Below are positions 36,395 through 49,237 of a stretch of 64,000 nt of DNA, in pieces. The stretch covers positions 12,214,001 to 12,278,000 of the forward strand of contig NC_058368.1 of the NCBI RefSeq assembly GCF_018350175.1. The letters are read 5' to 3'. Numbering within the stretch: position 1 is the first letter of the stretch; every line of letters begins with the position of its first letter. The notes under the pieces are model-generated. The model was not told where the DNA came from. It worked only from the letters and a program-made list of their open reading frames with translations, and did no database searches. The translations under genes and the position numbers were made by a program. The DNA comes from Felis catus (Eukaryota).

Positions 36395-36968
36395 TGTGGC
36401 AGACACAAACATGGATGCCTATTCAACATCTACTCCCTCTTTCTTCCTCTACGAGAAAACACACTTTCTGTTCAGGTGCGGGCTGCAATATGCTCAGGGA
36501 AGGTGGGTCCTTCCTGCAGACCAGGGAATAACCATGCTGGCCTAACTCCCAAATGGTAATCCTTCTCTTTCCGGTGACTGATTGAAGGGAGAAGGTATAA
36601 ATAATTTCTGGCCTATGGGACCAAGATAAATGCTAGGAACTTTTGTAAATGTATCTCCCTGATAAAAAGAGACATTTGCCCAAGGAGAAGCCCTTCTGCT
36701 CTCTTCTTGACTTTGAATGTGATTTGGGGAAGACATGATAATTATAAGTTGTGGTAATCATAATTCTAAGTTGTGACCTTCAGGGGATAACCAAGAGAGG
36801 CTGACTTCAAGCCTGGCATCACTGAGCTGTGAAATTAACCGACTCTGGAATTACATAATTCCAGATTTCTTGTCATGTGCGATTGTATGATTTTTTTTTT
36901 TTTATTGTTTAAGCTATTTGTTGGATTTCTGGTTCTGTCTTTATAGCCGAGAGCATTCTAACTGGTAA
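36395..36968 (+). mobile_element. Old MLT1 (J/K-like) MaLR LTR
   Basis: tgtggcagacac start; 3' part ccagatttcttgtcatgtg...ttgtttaagc...gccgagagcattcta. Confidence 0.55.
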
Positions 36969-38310
36969 CTCCCTCAACAACACCCAAGGGTTGGTTCCTC
37001 AATGCTTAACGAATCAAGTATGAACTCTTTGCCCTGATATTCAATGCCCTTTCTTGGTATGCACCCAGTCTAATTTTTCAGTGTCAGTGGTCCTACATCG
37101 TACAGTTACCACTCATGCCAGCCAGATGAATACCTTGTAATTCCCTGACACATGCTCATGCTATTTGTATAACTCAACAAGTGTTTCTTCCATAGCCCAA
37201 CCTTCCGTTGTGGAACCAAGTTCGATTCCTCATCTCAACCTCCTTGGGTTTTCTTTGTAAGCTTACTGTGGAATTTCTCCAATCTTGCTGCACGGCAGTT
37301 ATTTATATGTCTCGTGTCCCTCAGTTGTAAGATCCTTAAGAGCAGAGAGTAGGTCTTACCCATCCATATCATCTGTAGCACTCAGCACAGTGTCCTGTGC
37401 ATAAGAGGAACTTGGCAAATGTTTGCTCAGCTAAAATAAACCCTGCTTTGATCCAGTTTCTTGCTGGTGAGTCTCAGAAGGGGCCAAAGGGATTTATCTC
37501 TTGGAAATCATCTGGCTTTAACCTTGGACTAGTGTCAACCCTAACCTGAGAACTGATTAAATGTAAAGAATCATATATGATAGTTCCAAACCATGAGGGA
37601 GGCTTCATGGCAGCTCAATCTCTTATGGCAACAAAATCATAAACTCTCTGTGTTTGGGCTCACACAACATGTACCATTAATTTAACTTAACTTATTCACT
37701 TTGACAAAATAATATTTATTTAGTGGGTCATCACTTTATCCTGTTTTTACAAGTGGTATTTATTATAATCCCTTTTGGATTTGCACTATCGTAGGCTCCT
37801 GAAACACATTTAGCTCAGAATTCTCTATAGCAGGGATCTTCTTCAAATTGGATTAATTCCATGTTGAGGCCCAGTTCAGGTATATTTTGCTGAACACTCA
37901 AAGTCCACAGCCAAATATTTTTTTTCCTAAAGTATTGGGACTTGGACCACTAAAATAACTTATAATCATAATATTATTGCATCTAGAAAAGAGTCATGTG
38001 TTCATTTCTAATATCCCCCTTTGCTGCTACCTTCAGAAGGATATGCTACCTTCAGAAGAATAAAAAATTTTTTATTCAATGGTTATTTTAATTATTGGGG
38101 CTTTGCTGAGAACTGTCAATTTAGCATCACTTAAAAAATTGCAAGTGAAAACATTACTTACTTGAATTAGGCCTAAGCTTCATTTGGTTTGTTTACTTTT
38201 CACCAATTAAAATACATTGTATTAAGATACATTTGCTTCTTATTTCTGGTCATTTGGCTTTGAATTTCATATATCGCAAGGAAATGTTTATTTTAAAAAG
38301 ATAAAATATA

Positions 38311-38512
38311 TTTTTTAATGCTATTCATTTATTTTGAGAGAGAAAGCATGAGCGGGGAAGGGCAGAGAGGGAGGGAGAGAGAATCCCAAGCAGACTCTAT
38401 GCTGTCAGGGCAGAGTCTGATGCGGAGCCCAAACTCATGAACGGTGAGTTCATGACCTGATTCGAAATCAAGGGTCGGATGATTAGCCCGACTGAGCCAC
38501 CCAGGCACCTCC
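38311..38512 (-). mobile_element. CanSINE (older)
   Basis: Body and head (ccaggcacctcc) recognisable. Confidence 0.9.
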
Positions 38513-38868
38513 AAAATTAAGTAAGTTTATAAAAACATTTATATACCAAATAAATTCCATTGTGTCCCCTTTGCATTTTAAAGTTATTAAAAGTACATTG
38601 AAAGTTAGTTTTAGATCTTATGCAAAACCCTACTGAGAAGGAAAACTTTGATGTCAAAAAGGTATTTTCAGACCCATAAAATATGGCCTGGAGATTTCCA
38701 TATCAAACTGTGAACAAAGTTTACTTTTGGAAAGAAGTGTAGAATGATAACTTTCATATGTTTCTTTATGGATTTATGTATTACTTGTACAACAAACACT
38801 CAGTCTGCAGAATGTTTTTACGTGGATGCGTGCGCATGAGAACAGTGGTCTGCATGGCTTCCACTTAC

Positions 38869-39067
38869 ACTGATAGATGTGGAGGAAGGTCTCGCTGAGC
38901 TTGTTGGTGAAAAGAGGCTCCGGGAGGTCCCGGAAGAACTGTTTTACCATATCCGCCACATCATAAGCAGATTGGTCCTCATAGCTGACATTCTCAGGGA
39001 AGCTCTCGTTCATCTGACGTAATGCATGGATTCGAGATTTCACGCCCGATTTTCGAAAAAGACCCAC
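38869..39067 (-). CDS. STARD13: STARD13 exon 8 eq., 199 nt, RhoGAP with arginine finger (VGLFRKSG...HIYQ)
   Basis: Inside ORF 38774..39265; tttcag|GTGGGT...TATCAGT|gtaagt. Confidence 0.96.
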
Positions 39068-40069
39068 CTGAAACAAGTCACAGGGACGTGTTAGCGAGGC
39101 GGCCCTGGCCCCAGTCATTCTCTTCCTAAAGCAAGCAATCTGGGAGTGATGAGAGAGCATGGAACCAGGACCAGAATGAGCAGCAATTGCTTCCGAACTG
39201 GTAAAACCGTGAATGACGAGTTTAGTTACTTTGGGCAGTAGTTGAACGCTGACTTCCTCTCCCATAAAATAAAGATAAGAATAATACTCTACCCCGCAGG
39301 GCGTTCGTGGAGACTAAATGACAAAATGTGCATGACAGTGTTTTGTAACCTGTAGCCTTCTAACACACTAGATGCTATCATGGCATTCACTTACCCAACA
39401 AGCAATGATTAAATACCACCATATCGCAGGCATATTTACAGTTGCTAGGAGCCATTAGTGAGCAGAGCAGACCAGACAAAATTCCCTGCCGTCTGGGGTT
39501 GACACTTCAGTGGGGGGTTTTGAAAAAGTTTGGTCAATGGAAGGTTTGGTGGGTCCCAGATAAGCAAGCAGTGCACCTTTGGGGGAGAAGTCCATCGGGA
39601 ATATGCTCATGAAACAAAATAATACCATAAACATGTATTTTGATTTAAGGGTCTTATTTCTTGTTCTCCTTTGGAACCCCTGTAATCCTCCCTATGTAGG
39701 TTTCTCATATGATGCTTGGCACCCATTATTCTACCTGGTTAGTTATTATGTGCATAAACTGTGGCTCTAGTGAGGATCCCTGGGTGGCATTTTTTTCACT
39801 TTAAGGCATTGTCTTATGTAGGGCTTAGATTCCTCTTCTCTTTGACATGTAAATGGAGAAATCGAGCAGTAAGGAACCAAGGAGATAATGCTTCTAGTAG
39901 GAATGAGTTGAGGTGGAGCAGAGCCCCAGGAGAATGGAGATTCCTGCCAGGGTCGGCAGGTTACACTCTTGGCCCCTCAAGAGGCTCTGCACTCTGGACT
40001 TGCCTCTACCCAAGAAATGACTGAATTTCTCTGGGACCCCTGGTTTACAGTGAATTTGCATGTCTGCTA

Positions 40070-40295
40070 TTTTTTTTTTAGTGTTCATTTATTTATTTTG
40101 AGAGAGAGAGAAAGAGAGTGTGTGCTTGTGTGCACGTGAGCAGGGGAGGGGCAGAGAGACAAGGAGAGAGATGATCCCAAGGAGGCTCTGTGCTGTCAGC
40201 ACAAAGTCCAAAGGGGGACTGGATGCCACAAACCATGAGATCACGACCGGAGCCGAAATCAAGACGCTTAACCGACTGAGCCCCCCAGGTGCCCC
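40070..40295 (-). mobile_element. CanSINE
   Basis: TSD gcatgtc(t/a)gctat. Confidence 0.92.
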
Positions 40296-41639
40296 AGCAT
40301 GTCAGCTATGTTTAAGTGCCTGTAGGGCCCGGAGTTGCTCAAACTCGGTCGTTCATTCAACCCTCAATCTCTACTCTTCTCACTCCTGAAGGGCTCACAG
40401 GTTGGCTCACTTCCAAAAAGGTGGGGAGATTTTGAGCGGTCAGACAGGTAAGCAGCCGCACACCGGTCAGCCATGGCTCCTCCTCCCTGAGCCTGGGGAA
40501 ACTTTCAGGCCATGTCAGCGGCTGCTCCGTGGGCCAGGCCAGGCTTGACCCAAGTTCAGGCGTCTGAGGAAAGCTCTCCTGGTTATTGCTCTAAATGGAG
40601 AGCCGTCCTAATTCCTTTAAAGTACAGTGACAGCAAGGGGAGAAGTCTGAGCGATGAGAGAATGCTCAGGTTTTGTACACGTCAGCGGAATGGATCGCAG
40701 AGGACGCTGCTACGTTTTGAGGCAATAAGAACCGAATCCTTAGTAACACTTTTTTTGCATTCCCAGGCTTAGCACCCTAATTCCACAGATCAGGAATATT
40801 CAGGCATATTGTCACTGAAAACATTAATTGCTTTCTTTTTTATTTCTTAAAGTTTGGAGTGTCTAGAAAATGCAAAACTTCGCCGCACTTAGAAGACTGC
40901 TTCAAGAATGCAAAGGACATTTATCATCCTCTGACAACTGCTCCAAACTTCATCAAAGCGCATGAGAAGAAAGCACGTACTGTCGAAAGAAAAAATCAAG
41001 GTGTCAGATGAACGATTACTAAAGTGAGGTTCATCCTCAGCCTGGTTACATTCTCAACTTCTCTAGTTCTGGAAGGAGGCCCAGGACGGTGCCACGGGGC
41101 TGTGCTCCACGGGAGTTCTCAGAATCGAAGTGCCTGGAGGGTGAATTGTGAAGTATGACTCACAAACATTTATCCTCCTGTGAGTTGGTATTATTCCGCC
41201 TGAGAATTCCTGTTATTTTCTTAGCAGCAGAGGACTATTGATTGGAATCTATCAAGAATAGAGCAGATAGGTGTTTGTGGGGAAATTACGAGCATCCCGA
41301 GTCTTGCTGGCTTCATCTCTGGGTGAGGACCGACGTGCATGTACAAACACATCCCAGCAATGTTTTCCTCGTATTGTTCCGTTTCCAAGTTTCTTTCTAG
41401 TTTCAGCAAATATTGTTATTTTAATTATTTTAGACATGTCTGGAGCTCTCCAGCTGCGGGCTCTCAGCTGCTTGTTCTGACTTAGATCTCACAGGATGTC
41501 CAGAGGGCAGTCAGGTATTTATTTGTTCTGCCTCAAATTCTGACAATAACCTTCCCGTCCCACCCTTATCTTCCAGGGATGTGGGAAATATCTGTGGGAT
41601 CTGTGGATTTTTGTTGGAAGCACAGAAGGAAATTTCTTT

Positions 41640-41890
41640 CCTAAACTTAATAAGGAAAAGGTGGTCTGAACTCAGACCAGATTCCAGATGTAGTAGCTCA
41701 GGATGGCAGAAGGGAAAGGCAGGAAGAAACCCCTGTCTTCAAGCTTAGCCCTACGCTGATGAAAAAACTAACCTTGGAGCCACCCTACTTCCTGACTTCT
41801 TGTTACAGGAGCTCCTGAATTTCCTATTGGGTGCGCCATTTTGGGACTGTCTTCTTCTGTTCCTTGCAGTGGAAAATTCTCAGGACACAG
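41640..41890 (+). mobile_element. MLT1 (J-like) LTR fragment
   Basis: ccttggagccaccctacttcctgacttcttgttac...ttctgttccttgcag. Confidence 0.45.
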
Positions 41891-42234
41891 TGACTAGAAG
41901 ATTCTTCTGATGGTGTAGAGACCCTGAGAATAAGGAGAAGTCCACCTACCTTCATTAAGCAACCATGGCGGCTGGTGTGAGTGACTGGCAATAATCATTC
42001 TTTGAAAAGTTTTCAAAGGAGTGATGAAATTTGCACTTCTGGTGAAAAAAGAAAAAATTTTTTTTTTTCCGAGTGAAAACAGAGAACCGAAGAAACCATG
42101 TTAAAGCTGTCGCTTCTAAGGGCAGCCTTGTCATCACTGTGGATGGGAGGCTGCCCCAGATCCCTCAGCTTCATTATGAGGAAGACCCAAAGAGTGTGAA
42201 ATGTCTTTCATTCGCCTCTGCGCCTGTCACTGCT

Positions 42235-42350
42235 GGTAGTCACACAGGGCCCCATGCTTGGTTTCATTCTCTGCTTTCACCGTCTTGAAATTCTTAATAA
42301 GTTATGAACAAAGAAGCTCAAGTTTTCATTTCGCACGAGGCCTTGCAGGC
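42235..42350 (+). mobile_element. MER45A-like hAT MITE
   Basis: cacacagggccccatgcttggttt...ccgtcttgaaattcttaataa...ttttcatttcgcac matches recalled MER45A consensus. Confidence 0.7.
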
Positions 42351-45300
42351 TCCACAGCAGGTCCCGTTCTCGTGTGCCGCTAAAGCACGGCTCCAACACC
42401 CTCTCCAAGACGGGAAGACTAGTGGTCAGCAATGCAGAGTTCATTTCACAAGCATCTTGCATGTGATCTCTCCTTTCACAAGTAAAAGGGTGAGTGGCGA
42501 GCGTTCCCTTGGTCCAGTTTTACTTTCCTCTCTTTTGTCTTCCACCTAAAATCCCAGCTGTGGAAAAGCAGACTCCAAGTATAACCTAGAGAGGCCCCAG
42601 AGCATCATTTATGTCATCTGAGGTAGACAGCAGGACCATGATGAACAGGCAGCGCATACAGGGCACCTGCACTGAGTAGGAAGTGTCTTCCCAGAATAAT
42701 TGGGCTTCTAAAACCTACTGTTCCATTAGAATGAGAGGTCGGGCATGAGTGCTGCATTAGAATTCAAATTTCATCTAAATAACATTAAATCTCCTACTTG
42801 GCATCCTTTTTATGCTAATCCATTCAATACTTAATGATGTTTATCAGGACTTCCATTTCCTCTTCTTCAGAAATGTGCTCAGCTAATGAAGAAAGGTTGG
42901 TTTTATGCAGAAAGAGAAAGGTTCCTAAGTACAGGGTGTGGGGGGGGGGGGGGGGAAGGGAGGAGGGGCGGGTTCTGATTCTGAGCACTGCAGGCTTTGC
43001 CTCTCCTCTCCCTGCGGTGGCTTCACATTCATCAGGATGGGCATAACCTGTGCTTCTGTGCGCCACTGATTTAGGGCAGAAATAAAAGCTCAGCCAACAA
43101 AGCAAGGCTCCTCTCACACACTGCTATGTCTGAATACAAATGGTTCATAATTGAAGGCTGAACTTCCTTATTTCATCTACGGCCAGCTGCAAGGGTGAAA
43201 ATGGATACACTGTGTTTCATCATCTATAAACTGTTCTGCACTTGGGAGTGTAGGAGGGGAAATGTTGGCAATGTTTCAGGGCCCCGGGGGGCTGCGCTCA
43301 ACCGTTGGTGATGAATGCTTATGTTTGAGGTGAATGCTTAGCATGAGGAAAAGGGGTCTAGCTCATGGTAGGAAGCCTCCTTCCCCGGGGTCCAGGGCAA
43401 AGCCTTGGGAGAGTCTTGGATGGTGGTTCAAGGGAACCATGTGAAGGGAGGCAGCACGGAAGCCAGAAAGGATGAGAAGAGAAAGGATGTTCTGGATGCT
43501 CTGGTTTCCTATGACTCAGGGGCTGAGATCTCAAGATCCTGTGCAGACCTAAAACTTTTCGGTTCTAAGGAGGTGCTACTGGTGAAGAAGGAACAGTCTA
43601 GAGTGATGCATGTTCCTTCCCTCTCACTCTTGTCCCCTCTTTCTTTACTGATTCATTCACTTTTATGTGCTTTTGTTTGTTCTTAGAGTCTCTAGAATAG
43701 TCTTCCTTTTAAGCCTGGTTTTAATTTTCCATGTGTTTGTCTGGGTTTCCCTTGTGCCCTTGTTATTGCCACCTTCCTTCTTCACCGGGACCAGAGTGGG
43801 GGGGGGTCTCTGTGTGCTTTCCACACTCTGTGATGGTGAAGGGGAGGGACTTACAAGGTGGGGAGCCCTGCAGGTGTGGAGGGCTTCATGAAGTCCTAAC
43901 TGGCTCTGGGGAAAGTCCCGTTGACATCTTATGGATTCTTACTTTTGACTGATACAAGAGAGGGTTGCCTCATTCATTTTGGTTACATTTATAATCGGTA
44001 TCTATGTCCTCGAAATCAGTCTTTTGCCCACAATGGTTTGCCAGCACACTGTTTTCTCAGTAAGGCATTCTTCCAGATTTCAAACACAGTTAGAGGCTTG
44101 ATATGGAGACCGGGAATAAGCCAGTGAGCCAGGATTGAGGAGATTTTGGTGCCCACCATCCTCCTCTCGATTTGTATGACTTTTCCTTCAGATAGGAGAC
44201 TAGACCAAGTAACAGTGGTCTTACTGATGCCATCCATGATTCAGAATCTACAGGGGTCCTGAGTGGTTTCCAGTCTACACTAAAGGAGTGAGTAGAACAG
44301 TGGTAGTGTAATTCATTTACTCCCATCCAACTTTGTTCAAGAAAGAATTCAAGGTGACCTATAATGATCTCTAAAATGTATAAGATACAATTAAATTAAA
44401 GATAAAAGATAAGAAAAATTTGAGCAAAAGGAAAATAAAGATGAAAAGGGCAGCCAGAAATGAGGTGGATGTACAAAATTCATGCCAAATATTTACATAT
44501 ATTTACTACAGGCAGAATATACATTTGGCTCCGATCATTCTAGCAGCTAATATAGAGAGGAAAAAATACCCAGTTGTTTTTAATATTAAAAAAGCTAAAC
44601 AAACAGACTCATCATCCAAAAGAAACACAATGCTTTCAGGTGTTGGGGCCAGAAAAAGATTCTTCCATTATCACAGAAAGGCTATCACCTCATGTAATAA
44701 CCAACATCATCAACAAACAAAGGGTATGATGCACAAAGGGTACGATGCATTCATCAATGAGTTGTTTAGGGCTATTTCTCAAAGTGTCCCTTGATGCTGG
44801 AGATGGCATCACCCTAGATCCACTGGGACAAGCAATTCTAACAGGTGACAGCAGAGTGGAGTTTTTTAAAAACCTGGACTCTGGAGTTGGCTTTTCAAGC
44901 GAGTGTTGGCTCCACCATTGCCACCTGGGGGACAACCCCACCCAGGGTGGATATGGCATTAAATGAGGCAGTGAATGTAAAACACTCAGTATGATGCCGA
45001 GAACATGCTGGGCATCAAGAAATGTTACTAGTATTAAGCCAATTGCATAGATGGATTGCATTTGCTTTAGGTATTCCTGAACAAACACTGTTTTCCCTTG
45101 ATAGAGCTTTTGCTGAGAAGCATTCACTGGCCATGCATTAGAATGTCTAGAACAAAATATTTTTTGTTCTTGGGAATAGCCAGAGCCAAAAACTCTAAGG
45201 AAATTAGCCAAGAGGAGGGACGCGTCTCGTAAACCCTTAGGAAAACTGAGAAGCTTGGAAAAACAGGTGTCTGAAAAAAAGGTTACCCTCCACAAAACAC

Positions 45301-46664
45301 AATCTTGGGTTTTGTGATATTCATAGATGATCCACCTTTGATTGGTGTGCAGTTTTGGTAAAAGCTCTAAAATTAAAAATAATAATAATAATAATGCTTA
45401 AGTAACTTGATTCATTGGTTTGCTCTATTCAGATGTTATTCACAAATCAGTTAAATGCTGGGGTATCTGCTGAGCACCACAGTTATAGAAAAGTGGTCTG
45501 TTCCCTTCTTTCTGAGAAATAACAGGGAAGCTACTAAAGCCATTTCTCAAAACACAATAGTCCTCACCATGACAGTAACAGCAGCCACTCCTGCCCTCCA
45601 CTATGCCATCGAAATAAATGGAAGAAATGTGTACTTGTATATTCTCTAAATTAGGAGTGGGGAGGCAAAAAGGGGATCATGCATCATATGAAGAGGTTAC
45701 TCCTATTCTATTAGCTCCATTGAAAAGTGGTATCTGATTCATCAAGAGACCATCCTGATTCTGACTGTGATCTCAGTTTTGGGGTAGATACAAGCATAAG
45801 TAGCCAGGATCTGTGAGTTCATGTAGCTCAGCTCATTCCTATTCACTGAGGCCGAGGTCAAGGGTAAATCATTAAAAGGTGCAAATAATCTTAGGTGGGC
45901 ATGGATTATTCACATGGTATTAAAGGGTATGATGCACAAAAGCCACTGTAGAAGACTTACCTGAAAATACCCCCACTACTCCAGGGTGTAATTTATCAAG
46001 TTGGAATATGGCTCTTTTGGGGGGCAGGATATTTAAGAAACTAATGGGTATTAGTTTGGAGGAGCAATGGGTTGGCCTAGTAAATTACAGACTGGAATGC
46101 ACTCTGGGTCCAATCATAGGCCACCATTATGGTGGTTCCCAAACAGTCCTGGAGACAGAAATCGATCTCTGAATATTTTATTTAGCGTTTTAATCAACTC
46201 TACAGGATGAGGGGATATTTGACTTAGCTGACATCATTTTCAACATTTACTTGCACATTTAAAAAGATATAAATTAATTCATCTTTGGTTTAAGTTTTCC
46301 TGGTCATGGTGCTGAAAGAATGATGAAAAGGGATGAAACCATGCTGTGAAAACAGTGGCGGCAGTGGGCCAATAATGAAAAGGAAACGCAGTGTAAAGCA
46401 TAACTCCCAGTTTCTGGGGAATGTAAATTTGCCAGCACAGGTAGAAGCTACTAACATGAATTTTCACTCATTCAAGTTGCCAGTGAGGAAATACCTTCAA
46501 ATAGCTTGATAAGGATGCAACCTGGTCAAATTCAATGCTGACATATAAAGATCACAGTGACATATAAAGATCGGATAAAGGCACGTCTTATCCGATACTG
46601 GAGGGATCGGACTTGGTCTGGCATTCCATAAATGCACGCCTGTGTTTGGGATGTCCAACCATAC

Positions 46665-46824
46665 CTGATCGAGGCAGTTGCTACGCAGGTATCTGAGTGC
46701 TTGCTGAATACTCTGAGGCAGGGGCTGTCCCGTTCTCTGCACGTGAACTATGAGGGGAACACCAAAGACAGTCTTGTCTTTGTAATCAGGAACTTTCATC
46801 CTCTTCATGAACTTTGGAACTGAC
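46665..46824 (-). CDS. STARD13: STARD13 exon 7 eq., 160 nt, start of RhoGAP domain (SVPKFMKRMKVPDYKDKTVFGVPL...CLDQ)
   Basis: Inside ORF 46497..46952; ttctag|GTCAG...GATCAG|gtatgg. Confidence 0.96.
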
Positions 46825-47952
46825 CTAGAATTCACAGAAACCAGGTCACGCGAGCCTCTTGGGGCAGCCTGTGGGGAGAGGCTGTGAAAGCAAGCAAGAG
46901 GGAAGCCAAGCTTTTGTTGGAACAACCAACAGACACAGGGGGAATTCAACATCTCTCCCTTAATGAATCACATTACATGGAAATACTGTGTGTGCCCCTT
47001 GCCTATGTTAGATGTCTAACTATTAAACAGCATGATTCATGTTAGCGGGATGGATTTATGGCTCTAGTTTTCAAGTCAAGTGGACAACCTTCCAGTTTAA
47101 TTGTGAATGACATTTACTGTCCCCAGTAAGACAGAAGAAATTTAAAAACTACGAGAAGAAGAAATTTAGTTGGGTTTGGAGGAGAAAGGAGGGGAGAGAT
47201 GATGAAGCACTTCTTGGCTACGTTCTTACTTTTCCAGAACCGGTCGAACTTTTTAAAGGAAATTTTAATACAAGCATATATTGATTTGACTCTGCAATTT
47301 ATAACTTCCTAAAATATTTTTATAAAGGCACTTTCGATTCTTCTCTATACATAATATATAACATAAGACGATTAATGACATATTTTATATTTTTTCAAAT
47401 CCATCAACTCATCTAAAATAGGGACTTACTTAAGGTTTCAACACACACTTTTGTCAATTCCTTACTATAAAGGTTTACTGCATATTCTTGTTCTTATTTG
47501 CCAGTGTGGTAAATGCAGAAACGTAGTTGAAGAATCAAATGCTCTTTGAATGAATCAACGCTCTAAGTGTTGAGCTCTGCCCTGCTCCAGAAGGTACGAG
47601 TGACAGCTGTTTCTTTGCAAGCTGCCAGAATTATTTTATGGCCAGTTTATTTTTAATTCCTCTGTTCACTATTAATTACCCTTTGCTGGTCTTTGTTTCC
47701 TTCTTGGAGCCTGACTGCTTTCCCTGGAAACTAACAAGAGAGCTACAGATAAAGCAATGCTTCCTGCAGGCGACATCACGTCCCCGCTGCGGCAGCACAG
47801 AAGGCAGACAGTAAGGCAGAGCTCCGGCATGATTTCCAGGAGATCGGAACGAATGGCTTCTTCAGAAATCAGAACTTAAATACTGAAGCTTTGGCAACTG
47901 TGTACTTAGCTCTCGAACAAACGATCCCCTCCTAAGTGACCACACTACGCAC

Positions 47953-48123
47953 CACGTCCAGCCGTGTTTATTGGACAGGGAGTACTTCTCCATGATGGCC
48001 GTGAGGCGAAGCAGTGAGAAACGCTGGAGCAGGTTCAGCTGGCCGGCTGTCTGGTTGCTGATGTGGGGTGCCGTGGACGGCTGAGGCTGGTGCGAGAGCT
48101 GGAAACTATTCCATCGGAGTCGC
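47953..48123 (-). CDS. STARD13: STARD13 exon 6 eq., 171 nt: RLRWNSFQLSHQPQPSTAPHISNQTAGQLNLLQRFSLLRLTAIMEKYSLSNKHGWT(W)
   Basis: Translated by hand (absent from the ORF track); acceptor ggtaaag|GCGA, donor ACGTG|gtgcgt; phase 2-2. Confidence 0.95.
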
Positions 48124-49237
48124 CTTTACCGGAAAGACCGTCAGAGAAGCCAGTCACAAAGTGGATATGTCATTGGAAAACACAGGATGTTACTAACTTT
48201 TAAGTAGCTAATCAAAATAGTTTTCGAGCCAAGAAAATCACAAAGCAAATGGAACAGGAGGCGCCAATGTACAGAATGAACATAAGAAACTTTTTTTTTT
48301 TTCAAGTCTGATAATGGAAAAGGTCATTCTCTGTTTTGTTGGGAGGTTTTAAATAAGTGACATAATACATTTTATTTGTTTGTTTATTCCTAAATTTGCT
48401 CCCAAAGTGTTGAAAGCAGCTGAGACGGTGTATGTGTAAGTGTGTGTGGAGGGAGAGAGAGACGCAGACAGAGAGCTCGAGATGGAAAGTGAGATGTGGA
48501 ATGTTCCGGAACTGTATAACATTTCACACTGCCGTCCTGTCTGCATTCTAACTCTCCTTTGCTGTTGAGATGGAACCTGAAGGTGGCAGGCGCAGATGAA
48601 GACGCACTCCTGAAGTGAACATTAGGGAACCACAGGACACATGTCTGTCTCAACAAGAGCCCAGCGGCAGGTACAGTATTACTGTTTCTACTGCTTTAAG
48701 CTCTTCCGGGTCCATTTTTCAAGGGTGCTTCTGAAATGCTCTTTGTAAAACAGCTTTAATGTACCCTGTAATGGGCATTTTTTAAAGCCAAAATAAACTT
48801 GTGAAGTATGCACCCTTGCGTCTCAGAAATTTCTCATAGGATTAAAAAAAAAAAAGGTTAAAATTTGAGGTGGAGCTGTTTAATTAATACTGCAGCAAGG
48901 ACACGGGAGGTACCTGGGGCTCCCTTACCAGTGATCCCTGATGGTGCCTAGCACAATGCTTTCAATGTATACTCACAAATATACATATATATATATATAT
49001 ATTTTTTTTTAGTAAAACTGAGATCAAATTAAAGGATAAACACTCAGAGAAATGAATGTGAGTTGACACGGATTCAATCCCCATAATATTTGTCACAAAA
49101 GATATACTTGTGTTCGAATAGCCTAATCCCGTGTATCACCTCAAACAGGGTCCGGCATTTAGTATGTGCTCTTTAAACGTTTCTTAAATAAAGACACCAT
49201 AATTATTACGAGATGGATTGAAAATCATGCCACCAAC

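Noticed and set aside
44690..45295. 201-aa minus-strand ORF in intron 7
   Set aside because: No recognisable domain, non-ATG start, overlaps a MIR remnant, and the STARD13 exon chain is complete without it
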